This document shows, piece after piece, positions 1-9,229 of a DNA stretch of 64,000 bases. Where the stretch lies: contig JAFUBW010000002.1 of assembly GCA_017459965.1 (NCBI GenBank), forward strand, positions 748 through 64,747. Reading direction: 5' to 3'. A program made the translations under genes and the position numbers. Origin of the DNA: Bacilli bacterium (GTDB lineage Bacteria > Bacillota_I > Bacilli_A > RF39 > UBA660). The notes under the pieces were generated by a model. The model saw nothing but the letters and a program-made list of their open reading frames with translations, ran no database searches and was not told the DNA's origin. Positions within the stretch are counted from its first letter, which is position 1. Each line of letters begins with the position of its first letter.

Positions 1-33
1 AGTAGCTTCTAATCTATCTATCATTTTATCACC

Positions 34-507
34 TTATTCTTCTAATTCATCTTCATCCATAATTGTTAAATCTTTTAAATCATCTTCTGTAGTATCATTA
101 TCTATATCGTCATCTGAATAATCATCTTCTAAATCTTCTTCTATATCGTTATCCTCATCGTCGTCCATTTCTTCTTCATCTTCATCTTCTTCTAAATCAT
201 CTGACATGTCTTCTTCTCCATCGTCTACAACCACTTTAACAACATGATTTTCTTTTAAATCCCAATTAACGCTATCAATGAAAATAAATCTTTTATCTGT
301 TGAAAGTGTTGTAAAAAAATCTCCTATTTTAGCTTCAAATTCTTCTTCTGATAAATTTAATAATTTACATACTTCTTTAAATAAGTTTGGTGTATTATAT
401 TTCTTTTTATCTTCTTTAATTATTTCATAAGCTATATCCGAATAACTCATTAATTCTAAATCTAAAATATCTTTTTTTCTTATACTCATATTTTTAATTC
501 CTTTCAT
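34..507 (-). CDS. rpoE: RNA polymerase delta subunit
   Basis: The N-terminal half (MKGIKNMS...DIAYEII...FFTTLSTDKRF) resembles Bacillus RpoE and is followed by a long Asp/Glu tail. An alternative ATG at 489 has the better SD (AAAGGA). Confidence 0.8.
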   Translation of the reverse strand: MKGIKNMSIRKKDILDLELMSYSDIAYEIIKEDKKKYNTPNLFKEVCKLLNLSEEEFEAKIGDFFTTLSTDKRFIFIDSVNWDLKENHVVKVVVDDGEEDMSDDLEEDEDEEEMDDDEDNDIEEDLEDDYSDDDIDNDTTEDDLKDLTIMDEDELEE

Positions 508-532
508 TACTATGTATATTATATTTAATATT

Positions 533-2242
533 TTACATTTTATTAGGCATTTGTATACCTAAAAGATTCATACCTACTTTAAGAACATTACCTACAATAT
601 TAATAAGATATATTCTTGCATTTCTTTCATCTATATCATCTGATAATACTTTATTGTTTGAATAAAATGATGAATAAGCCCTAGCTAAGTCTATTAAATA
701 TCTTGATAATATATAAGGTTCACTCTTTTTAGTTGATAATATTATTGTATCTGTAAAATTATATAGTAATTTAACAATATTATATGTAAGCTCGTCATTA
801 AGTTTACTATAATCTATTTCATTAATCAATACTTTTTTATCATATTTTTCTATTATAGAATTAATTCTAACATACATATATTGGATATATGGACATGTTT
901 CTCCTTGAAAATTAAGCATTTCCTTTAAATCAAATACTTCATCTTTTATTCTAGAATTATATAAATCATTAAATATAACTGCGCCTATACCAACCTTTTG
1001 TGCAACTTCATCTATGTTTTCAAGTTCTTCTCTTTTTTCTTTTATTATTTCTTTAGCATGATTTATTGAATCATTTAATAAATCTTCTAATTTTACTATA
1101 TTACCTTTTCTTGTGGATAACTTTCCTTCTGGAAGTCTAACCATACCAAAAGGTACATGTTCAAGACCATTTATATACTTTTCATCTAAATCTAAATATT
1201 TAGCAACTTCAAATACTTGTTTAAAATGAAGTATTTGATCAGAACCAGTTACATATATGTTTTTATAATAATCATAAGTTCTAGCTCTATAAAGAATAGC
1301 TGCAAGATCCCTTGTTGCATATATACTTGAACCATTTGATTTTTGAATTATACATGGAGTATCTATACCTGCATCTGTTAAATCTACTACTCTTGCACCT
1401 TCAGATTCAGTTAATTTATTATTCTTTTCAAGTATTTGAATTACTTCTGGCATTTTGTCTATATAAAATGCTTCTCCGTTTAAACTATCAAATTTACTAC
1501 CTAGTAAATCATAAGTTCTATTAAATTCCTTCAAACTTAATTCTTTAAACTTATTCCATAATTCAACACAGTATGGATCTTTTTCTTCTAGTAACTTAAA
1601 ATTATTTCTACATCTTTCTAGTACTTCTTCATCTTCTTCACATAAGTTATTTATTCTTACATATATCTTAGTTAATTCATCTATTGGATTTTCTTCGATA
1701 TTATATTCATCATGCCATAATTTATATCCTTCAATTAATTTACCAAATTGAGTACCATAATCACCTAAATGATTAATACCTACTACATTATAACCTAAGA
1801 ATTTATATAAATTATAAAGTGCGCCTCCAATAATAGTACTTCTCATATGACCTATATGAAAAGGTTTTGCGATATTAGGTGATGAATAATCTATTAAAAT
1901 TGTTTTTCCTTCACCTATATTAGATGAACCATATTTATCTTTTAATTTATCAAATTCATTAAATACTTCTTTTATAAGTAATTCTTTGTTTATATAAAAG
2001 TTTAAATATCCATTAACACTTTCAATTTTTTCTATTATTTCATTTGTTTTTATACTATTTTTTAATTCATCTGATATTTGATTAGGAGATTTTTTTAATA
2101 TTTTTGATAATACGAAACAAGGAAATGTATAATCACCCTTATTTTTTTCTTTTATCTCAGTTATATTATTTAATATTGTTTCTTCATCTATAGCTATATT
2201 ATTTTTTAATATATTTAATATTTCATTTTTTATATTTATCAT
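533..2242 (-). CDS. argS: Arginyl-tRNA synthetase
   Basis: 569 aa with the class I HIGH motif (PFHIGHMRS). Length and overall layout are typical of ArgRS, and it lies downstream of a DUF1934 gene as in Bacillus ywiB-argS. Confidence 0.9.
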   Translation of the reverse strand: MINIKNEILNILKNNIAIDEETILNNITEIKEKNKGDYTFPCFVLSKILKKSPNQISDELKNSIKTNEIIEKIESVNGYLNFYINKELLIKEVFNEFDKLKDKYGSSNIGEGKTILIDYSSPNIAKPFHIGHMRSTIIGGALYNLYKFLGYNVVGINHLGDYGTQFGKLIEGYKLWHDEYNIEENPIDELTKIYVRINNLCEEDEEVLERCRNNFKLLEEKDPYCVELWNKFKELSLKEFNRTYDLLGSKFDSLNGEAFYIDKMPEVIQILEKNNKLTESEGARVVDLTDAGIDTPCIIQKSNGSSIYATRDLAAILYRARTYDYYKNIYVTGSDQILHFKQVFEVAKYLDLDEKYINGLEHVPFGMVRLPEGKLSTRKGNIVKLEDLLNDSINHAKEIIKEKREELENIDEVAQKVGIGAVIFNDLYNSRIKDEVFDLKEMLNFQGETCPYIQYMYVRINSIIEKYDKKVLINEIDYSKLNDELTYNIVKLLYNFTDTIILSTKKSEPYILSRYLIDLARAYSSFYSNNKVLSDDIDERNARIYLINIVGNVLKVGMNLLGIQMPNKM

Positions 2243-2244
2243 TA

Positions 2245-2625
2245 TTACATCTCCTTTATAATTATTTCATATTTAAATTTACCCATATATTCATCTTGAA
2301 TCCATAGTTCATATTCTATATTTATATAATTTTCTTTTATAATTAATTCATTTGTTAATATTTCTCCATCTAAATAAGAATCAAACATTTTTATATAATA
2401 TTCTAATTCGTTTTTTTTATTTTTTATAAAATTAAAAGTAATTTCTGAATCTGTATTATCTTTAATCATTATTATATTATCCTTGTTTATGATTAATTCC
2501 ATACTGTCATTATCATCTATATATGATATTTTATTATTTATTTTTTTTGATATTATATCTTTCTTTATAATATTTTCATCGTTATTAATGATTTTATAAT
2601 CTATTAAACATTTCAAATTAATCAC
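2245..2625 (-). CDS. DUF1934 (YwiB-like) beta-barrel protein
   Basis: 126 aa, 3 nt upstream of argS, which is the conserved ywiB position. The start is GTG or TTG with a weak SD. The assignment rests on synteny and size more than on motifs. Confidence 0.5.
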   Translation of the reverse strand: MINLKCLIDYKIINNDENIIKKDIISKKINNKISYIDDNDSMELIINKDNIIMIKDNTDSEITFNFIKNKKNELEYYIKMFDSYLDGEILTNELIIKENYINIEYELWIQDEYMGKFKYEIIIKEM

Positions 2626-2726
2626 CAGACTTTTTCATGGAAGATTATATCATATATATTTTAAAAATGCACTTATATTTTAATATTTTTTTGTTAATAA
2701 TAAAAATAGAATTTTGGTGATTTGTT

Positions 2727-4655
2727 ATGAAATATAAAAAAATACTATTATATATATTTATTTTTTTTAGTTTTTTTATATGTATATTATTTACCTTTAT
2801 ACATTTTTTTATTATACTTTCTCCTAAAATAGATTTAAAGAAAACTAATAATATTATTATGTATGATAAAAATGATAATATATTTTTTAAAGGAAATGGA
2901 TCTAAGGAATGGGTTAATTTAGATGATATAAATAAGAATTTAATTAATGCGACTATTTCCATTGAAGATAAAAGATTTTATAAACATAATGGATTTGATT
3001 ATATTAGAATTATTAAATCTTTTTTTAATAATATTAAGGAAAAAGATATAGTTGAAGGTGCCTCTACCATATCACAACAATATGCAAGAAATTTATATCT
3101 AAATTTTGATAGAAATTTTGAAAGAAAAATAAAAGAAGCTTGGCTTGCATTAAAGCTTGAAACTACATATTCTAAGGATGAAATATTAGAAGGTTATTTA
3201 AATACTATAAACTATGGTAATGGAGTATATGGTATAGAAAATGCTTCCCATTATTATTTTAATAAAGATGCTAAAGATTTAACTCTTTCTGAAAGTTCTA
3301 TTTTGGCAAGTATACCTGCAAACCCACAAAATTATTCTCCTATTAATAATTATAAACTTTCTAAAAAAAGACAAAAAATTATACTAAAATCAATGGTTAA
3401 AGATGGATATATAAGTGAAAATGAAGCAAAAAATGCATATAAAACTAAATTAACTTTTTATGGAAAAAAAGATACTCTAAATTTATCTACTTTAATGTAT
3501 TATAAAGATGCTGCTATGAATGAATTAAATAAACTGAATATTATTCCTAATGATTATTTAAATTCTAATAGTATTAAAATATATACTAATTTAGATATTA
3601 ATGCGCAAGAAGCATTAGAAAATTCTATTAAAAATGATATTACTAATAATGAAGAATTAGAATCATCTAGTGTTATGATTGAAAATAAAACTGGTAAAAT
3701 AATTGCTCTTACTGGTGGTCGAAATTATGAAAAAAGTCAATTTAATAGAGCAACTATGTCAAAAAGACAAGTTGGATCAACTATGAAACCTTTTTTATAT
3801 TATGCTGCTTTAAAAAATGGATTTACTGCATCTTCTTTGTTTTCTTCTGAACCGACTACCTTTTCTTTAGAAAATAATAATACTTATAGTCCATCTAATT
3901 ATGGTAACATATATCCAAATCATGATATTCCTATGATACTTGCAATTGCATATTCAGATAATATTTATGCTATTAAAACTCATTTATTTTTAGGTGAGGA
4001 TGAAATAATTAATGTAGCAAAGGATGCAGGTATAACTACTAATTTACCCAAGAATGTATCATTACCTCTTGGTACAACAGAACTAAATATTATAGAATTT
4101 ACATCAGCTTATTCAACAATTGCTAATGAAGGAGTTAAAAATGACTCATACATAATTAGAAAAATTAAAACAGATGAGGGAAAAACTATTTATAAATATA
4201 ATAATTATCCTAAGCAAGTACTTGATAGTAATTATACTTATTTATTAAGTAATTTACTTAGTAATTGTTATGATAATACTTTGAGTGATTATAGTGTCCC
4301 AACATGCCTTAATATTAGACCAAAACTTACAAAAACTTATGCAATTAAAACAGGTACTACTAATACAGATTCTTGGACTATTGGATACAATAAAGATTAT
4401 ACTTTAAGTGTATGGGTTGGATATGATAATAATAAAAAAATAAGAAATAGTGATAGTAAATATGCAAAAAATATATGGGCTGATACTATGGAAAATTATT
4501 TAAGAGATAAAAAAGATTCTTGGTATGAGAAACCTAAAGATGTTGTTAGTGTAATTGTAAATCCACTTAATGGATATTTAGCTACTAATAATTCTTCAAA
4601 AAAGAAAATAATATATTATTTAAAAGGTACAGAACCAACTATATTTGACAAATAA
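2727..4655 (+). CDS. Bifunctional class A penicillin-binding protein (GT51 transglycosylase + transpeptidase)
   Basis: N-terminal TM segment, GT51 motifs (EDKRFYKHNGFD, GASTISQQ), transpeptidase SxxK (STMKP). SD GGTGA precedes the ATG. Confidence 0.9.
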   Translation: MKYKKILLYIFIFFSFFICILFTFIHFFIILSPKIDLKKTNNIIMYDKNDNIFFKGNGSKEWVNLDDINKNLINATISIEDKRFYKHNGFDYIRIIKSFFNNIKEKDIVEGASTISQQYARNLYLNFDRNFERKIKEAWLALKLETTYSKDEILEGYLNTINYGNGVYGIENASHYYFNKDAKDLTLSESSILASIPANPQNYSPINNYKLSKKRQKIILKSMVKDGYISENEAKNAYKTKLTFYGKKDTLNLSTLMYYKDAAMNELNKLNIIPNDYLNSNSIKIYTNLDINAQEALENSIKNDITNNEELESSSVMIENKTGKIIALTGGRNYEKSQFNRATMSKRQVGSTMKPFLYYAALKNGFTASSLFSSEPTTFSLENNNTYSPSNYGNIYPNHDIPMILAIAYSDNIYAIKTHLFLGEDEIINVAKDAGITTNLPKNVSLPLGTTELNIIEFTSAYSTIANEGVKNDSYIIRKIKTDEGKTIYKYNNYPKQVLDSNYTYLLSNLLSNCYDNTLSDYSVPTCLNIRPKLTKTYAIKTGTTNTDSWTIGYNKDYTLSVWVGYDNNKKIRNSDSKYAKNIWADTMENYLRDKKDSWYEKPKDVVSVIVNPLNGYLATNNSSKKKIIYYLKGTEPTIFDK

Positions 4656-4658
4656 AAA

Positions 4659-4679
4659 AAAGAGATTAATTATCTCTTT
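4659..4679. terminator. Hairpin between convergent PBP and noc genes
   Basis: AAAGAGAT/ATCTCTTT 8-bp stem with a 5-nt loop overlapping the noc stop codon. An A-run on the plus strand gives a T-run for the minus-strand transcript. Confidence 0.5.
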
Positions 4680-5601
4680 CTACTTTAATTACAAATTGAT
4701 ACAATCCATCAAAATCATATTTTTCAAGTGTTGCATCAAATCCTAAATCATTTATTTCTTTTAATACTTTTTCTATTTTATTAATAACATCATTAAAATC
4801 AGGTCTTAAATTTGATAAATCCTCATCCATTACTTCAATTTCCTCATCTTTAGGAACAACAATATTATCTATACTAATAGTATTATTTAATAAATTATCA
4901 AGTTCCTTCATATCATTATCTGCTTTTGATAAATCAATCATTTCTGGAAAATCAAATGTTTTAGATGTTAAATTTGATACTGGTATAAATTTATCATTAT
5001 TTAATTTTTCACTTATTAAATTTTCTGTATCCCTTACATTTAATCTATTATTTAATATTTCATGTAATACTTCTTTTTGTATATTTTTATCATCTAATCT
5101 AAGTAAGCTTCTAGCATGTCTTTCTGATATTTTATTATTTAAAAGAGCTTCTTGTACTTCATCATCTAGATTTAAAAGTCTTAATTTATTTGATATAGTA
5201 GCTTGTGTTTTACCCATTCTACCTGCTAGTTGATCTTGTGTTAAATAACCTCTATCAAGTAATTTTTTATAAGATTTAGCTTCTTCTATTGGGGATAAAT
5301 CTTTTCTTTGTATATTTTCAACAATAGCTACTTCGGCTGATTCATTATCATTTAAATTTATAACAACAGCTGGTACTTCAGATAAACCAGCAATATAAGA
5401 TGCTTTATATCTTCTTTCCCCTGCGATTATTTCGTATTTATCACCTATTTTACGTAGTACAAGTGGTTGAATTATTCCATGTTGTCTAATAGATTCTGCA
5501 AGTTCATTTAATCCTTGTTCATCAAAAGAAAGTCTTGGTTGAAATCTATTTGGAATTATGTCATCTAATGATACTTGTATTATTTCTTTTTCTTTATCCA
5601 T
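4666..5601 (-). CDS. noc: ParB-family protein, Noc-type (nucleoid-occlusion-like), N-terminally short
   Basis: ParB boxes are present: IPNRFQPR, GERRYKA, ENIQRKDLSPIEEA. The HTH region GKTQATISNKLRLL...ISERHARSL aligns without gaps to B. subtilis Noc ([14 protein letters not shown]...ITERHARAL). It sits directly downstream of rsmG as noc does. ATG 5601 is preferred (SD AGGGTGA); GTG 5610 is the alternative. Confidence 0.75.
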   Translation of the reverse strand: MDKEKEIIQVSLDDIIPNRFQPRLSFDEQGLNELAESIRQHGIIQPLVLRKIGDKYEIIAGERRYKASYIAGLSEVPAVVINLNDNESAEVAIVENIQRKDLSPIEEAKSYKKLLDRGYLTQDQLAGRMGKTQATISNKLRLLNLDDEVQEALLNNKISERHARSLLRLDDKNIQKEVLHEILNNRLNVRDTENLISEKLNNDKFIPVSNLTSKTFDFPEMIDLSKADNDMKELDNLLNNTISIDNIVVPKDEEIEVMDEDLSNLRPDFNDVINKIEKVLKEINDLGFDATLEKYDFDGLYQFVIKVERDN

Positions 5602-5631
5602 ACTACTCACCCTTTTATTCTATATAAATAG

Positions 5632-5666
5632 TATAAAATAAAAATCCATTTTTTACAATGGATTTT
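5632..5666 (-). terminator. rsmG intrinsic terminator
   Basis: AAAATCCATT/AATGGATTTT 10-bp stem overlapping the rsmG stop codon, followed on the minus strand by TTTTTATTTTAT. Confidence 0.65.
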
Positions 5667-6357
5667 TCTTAATTTTATCAAAGTTTCTAGGATATTTATC
5701 ACTTGTTTTACTATTTTTATTAATTACAATTAAATTTCTAATAGAGTTTTCTTTAGGTAAATTAAAAGTAATTATTTTTTCTAAAGTACTATTTAATACT
5801 TTAAGTGAATTTTGTGATTTTTTTAATTCCTCTTCTATATTAGCTTTCATAGGAATAAAATATCCATTTATTTTAAGTATTGGTATACTAAGTTCATTTA
5901 AAATATTTAGTTTTGCAACTGCACGCGATGTCACTAAATCAAATTCTTCTATATGTTTTTTAGCAAAAGTTTCTGCTCTTTCATGTATTGCATGTATTTT
6001 ATCAAGTTTTAATTCATCTATTACTATATTTAAAAAATTAATTCTTTTGTTTAATGCATCTACTAATGTAATATCAATATTATCAAAGAATATTTTTAAA
6101 ACTATTCCTGGAAAACCTGCACCTGTACCTATATCACATACTTTTATATTATTATTTAAATCATATGCTTTTATAAGTGTTAAACTATCATAAAAATGTT
6201 TTAAATAAACTTCTTCTTTATCTGTAATGGCTGTTAAATTAATTTTTTCATTCCACTCAACTAGGAGTTCATAATACCTATTTAACTTATTTAATTTATC
6301 TTGAGTTACCTTTATTCCTAATTTTTCTACTTCACTAATAAATAATTCTTTATTCAT
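5653..6357 (-). CDS. rsmG: 16S rRNA (guanine527-N7)-methyltransferase
   Basis: GidB family layout with the SAM motif DIGTGAGFPG. It overlaps the mnmG stop by 8 nt, as in the conserved mnmG-rsmG pair. Confidence 0.9.
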   Translation of the reverse strand: MNKELFISEVEKLGIKVTQDKLNKLNRYYELLVEWNEKINLTAITDKEEVYLKHFYDSLTLIKAYDLNNNIKVCDIGTGAGFPGIVLKIFFDNIDITLVDALNKRINFLNIVIDELKLDKIHAIHERAETFAKKHIEEFDLVTSRAVAKLNILNELSIPILKINGYFIPMKANIEEELKKSQNSLKVLNSTLEKIITFNLPKENSIRNLIVINKNSKTSDKYPRNFDKIKKNPL

Positions 6358-8167
6358 TAAAATACCTCTTCATATATACTGAAAGAATTGAAATATCTGA
6401 TGGATTTACACCACTTATTCTAATTGCTTGTCCAAAAGATTCTGGTTTTACTTCTTTTAATTTAATTCTAGCCTCACTTGCTAAATTAGGAACTTTATCA
6501 TAATCTATATCTTTTGGTATTTTTTTATTTTCCATTTTTCTCATTTTTTCTGCTTCTTTTTTGGCTTTTTTGATATATCCTTCATATTTAATTTGTATTT
6601 CTGCTTGTTCTAGTTCTAATTCATTATATTCTTTTGATAGTTTATCTTTAACATCATTTATAGATACTTCTGTTCTTTTTACATAATCATATAGTGATAT
6701 TTTAGCTGGTATATTTATATAATTATTTTTAAGTTCATTAATGATTGATTCAATATTATTTTCTTTCTGTATTAATCTATCATATTGTTCTTTATTAATT
6801 AAACCTACTTCATAACCATATTTTCTAAGTCTTAAATCGGCATTATCACTTCTAAGAAGTAAACGATATTCTGCTCTTGATGTAAGTAATCTATATGGAT
6901 CTCTTACTCCTTTAGTAACTAAATCATCTATTAAAACACCTATATATGCTTCATCTCTTTTAAGTATTAATGGTTCTTTTCCTTCTAATTTTAAAGATGC
7001 ATTTATACCTGCCATTAAACCTTGACAAGCTGCTTCTTCATATCCACTTGTACCATTTATTTGTCCAGCAGTATATAAGTTTTCTATTATTTTAGTTTCA
7101 AGTGTTGGATATAAATCTTTTGAATCTATTGCATCATATTCAATAGCATATGCATATCTAAGTATTTTAGCATTTTCAAGTCCAGGTAAAGAATGAACCA
7201 TTAATTCTTGTACATCATGTGGCATACTTGTTGAAAAACCTTGTACATATATATCATCAAAATATTTACTTTCTGGTTCTAAGAATAATTGATGTCTTTC
7301 TTTATCAGCAAATCTAACTACTTTATCTTCAATAGATGGACAATATCTAGGACCTGTTCCTAATTTTTCATCTATCGCACCATACATACTTGATTTATTT
7401 AAGTTTTCTCTTATAATTTCATGTGTTTTACTTGTTGTATATGTTAAATAACAAGGCATTTGATTTTCTATTTTATATTGTGGTTTTATATCATATGAAA
7501 ATGTATAAAGTTTATCATCACCAGGTTCTAATTTAGTTTTAGAAAAATCTATTGTATCTCTTTGTATTCTTGGAGGTGTTCCCGTTTTAAGTCTAAGTAA
7601 TTTAAAACCTAACTTTTCTAAATTTTCACTTAAATATAATGAAGGTCTTGTGTTAGATGGACCGCTTCTTGTTCTTTCACTTCCAACTAAAATATCAGCT
7701 TTCATATAAGTACCAGTTGTAAGTATTACTATATCTGATAATATTTCAGTACCTGCAGAAAGTTTTACACCTTTTATTTTATTATTTTCTATTATTAAAT
7801 CTTCAACCATATCTTCAATTATATCTATATTTTGATGTTCTTTTAAAAGTCTTTGCATTTCTTTAGGGTAAGTTACTTTATCTGCTTGTGCACGAAGGGA
7901 TCTTACAGCAGGTCCTTTTGAATAATTAAGCATTTTCATTTGAAGATGAGTTATGTCTGCAACTTTGCCCATATAACCACCAAGTGCATCTATTTCTCTT
8001 ACTACTATTCCCTTAGCAGATCCTCCTATGTGGGGATTACAAGGCATCATTGCTATTTTATCTATACTTCCAGTAATTAGTAATGTTTTATGTCCTTTAT
8101 TAGCACACGAAAAACATGCTTCACATCCAGCATGTCCACCACCTACTACTATTACTTCATACTTCAT
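6350..8167 (-). CDS. mnmG: tRNA uridine 5-carboxymethylaminomethyl modification enzyme
   Basis: FAD motif VIVVGGGHAGCEA right after MKYE. The true start is ATG 8167, preceded by GAGGTGA. The tracked ORF start at 8206 adds 13 unsupported residues. Confidence 0.92.
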   Translation of the reverse strand: MKYEVIVVGGGHAGCEACFSCANKGHKTLLITGSIDKIAMMPCNPHIGGSAKGIVVREIDALGGYMGKVADITHLQMKMLNYSKGPAVRSLRAQADKVTYPKEMQRLLKEHQNIDIIEDMVEDLIIENNKIKGVKLSAGTEILSDIVILTTGTYMKADILVGSERTRSGPSNTRPSLYLSENLEKLGFKLLRLKTGTPPRIQRDTIDFSKTKLEPGDDKLYTFSYDIKPQYKIENQMPCYLTYTTSKTHEIIRENLNKSSMYGAIDEKLGTGPRYCPSIEDKVVRFADKERHQLFLEPESKYFDDIYVQGFSTSMPHDVQELMVHSLPGLENAKILRYAYAIEYDAIDSKDLYPTLETKIIENLYTAGQINGTSGYEEAACQGLMAGINASLKLEGKEPLILKRDEAYIGVLIDDLVTKGVRDPYRLLTSRAEYRLLLRSDNADLRLRKYGYEVGLINKEQYDRLIQKENNIESIINELKNNYINIPAKISLYDYVKRTEVSINDVKDKLSKEYNELELEQAEIQIKYEGYIKKAKKEAEKMRKMENKKIPKDIDYDKVPNLASEARIKLKEVKPESFGQAIRISGVNPSDISILSVYMKRYFNE

Positions 8168-8232
8168 ATAACTCACCTCGGTTTTTAAAGCAAATATATT
8201 ATACAATAAAATTAAAATAAAATAAAGATAAT

Positions 8233-8267
8233 AAAAAATGACATTTAATCAATTATCTTAAATGTCA
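8233..8267 (-). terminator. gpsA intrinsic terminator
   Basis: TGACATTTAA/TTAAATGTCA perfect 10-bp stem followed by a T-run on the minus strand. Confidence 0.7.
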
Positions 8268-8294
8268 AACTAATATATTTAATTATTTGTAAAG

Positions 8295-9224
8295 TTATAT
8301 AATACTGTGGATATCTTTATTATTATATATTATTTCATATAAATTAGTTATAAGTGGACAATCTAAATTATATTTATCAATTAAATAATGTGCGTTATTT
8401 AAAGCATCTAATCCTTCAATAGTCATTCCTATTTCTTTTTGTATTTCATCTATATTTTTTCCTTTAGATAATAATAATCCAAATCTTTTATTTCTACTAT
8501 CAAGACTAAGAGTAGTTGTTAAAAGGTCACCTAATGAACATAAATCATAAAAAGTTTCTTCTTTAGCACCCATTTTAATACCTATATTTTTTATTTCTTT
8601 TAATCCTTTTGTTATTAAATAGGACATTGTATTAGTTTCATAATTAAGTCCTTCTGCAATACCACATATAATTGCTATTACATTTTTAAGTGCAGCTCCT
8701 ATTTGCATACCTATATAATCATTATTATATATTAAATGAAAATTATCAGTTTCAAATAATTCTTTTATGTTTTCCTTACCATAATAATTAATATAAGTTG
8801 GTATATCTTTTATTATTTGTTCTGCATGTGAAGGTCCTGATATTATAGATACATCTTTATTTAATTCATCTTTAATTACATCAGATAATAAATAATCTTT
8901 ACCTGATAATCCTTTAGTTGCTAATATAATTGTTTGATTTTTTATAAATGGTTTTATATTAATACATGTTTGAATTATAGCATTTCTTGGAACAACAAGT
9001 ATTATATATTCACTTTCATTTATTGCTTCTTCATAAGATGTATAACATTTTATAGAGTCAGTTAAAATTAAATTATCTAAAAACTTACATTTATGTTCAT
9101 TATTTATTAAATTAGTTTCTTCTTTTGTATAAGACCATATTTTAATATTATGATTATTCTTACTTAATATATAACTAAGAGCACATCCAAAAGATCCACT
9201 ACCTATTATTGTAATATTCTTCAT
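8295..9224 (-). CDS. gpsA: NAD(P)H-dependent glycerol-3-phosphate dehydrogenase
   Basis: Rossmann motif MKNITIIGSGSFGCAL and the GpsA-type C-terminal half (GLKEI..LGDLLTT..S.NKRFG). ATG 9224 lies 6 nt after the mnmE stop codon. Confidence 0.85.
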   Translation of the reverse strand: MKNITIIGSGSFGCALSYILSKNNHNIKIWSYTKEETNLINNEHKCKFLDNLILTDSIKCYTSYEEAINESEYIILVVPRNAIIQTCINIKPFIKNQTIILATKGLSGKDYLLSDVIKDELNKDVSIISGPSHAEQIIKDIPTYINYYGKENIKELFETDNFHLIYNNDYIGMQIGAALKNVIAIICGIAEGLNYETNTMSYLITKGLKEIKNIGIKMGAKEETFYDLCSLGDLLTTTLSLDSRNKRFGLLLSKGKNIDEIQKEIGMTIEGLDALNNAHYLIDKYNLDCPLITNLYEIIYNNKDIHSII

Positions 9225-9229
9225 ATATC

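Noticed and set aside
1-24. Possible start of another minus-strand gene (GGTGA-N4-ATG ATA GAT AGA TTA GAA GCT ACT) just downstream of rpoE
   Set aside because: Only 8 codons are visible before the window edge, which is not enough to call a gene or a product.
2645-2962. 105-aa minus-strand ORF overlapping the PBP 5' end and the divergent promoter region
   Set aside because: It is low-complexity I/K/F-rich, has no SD, and overlaps a well-supported gene. This is typical AT-rich noise. The same reasoning applies to the tracked ORFs at 1312, 12781, 14661, 15183, 22082, 26175, 26779, 26976, 27623, 28918, 30442, 31765, 31866, 33248, 36702, 39696, 40816, 43030, 44007, 46827, 49211, 51723, 53421, 57200, 57369, 58549, 59731, 60891, 61209 and 62483.
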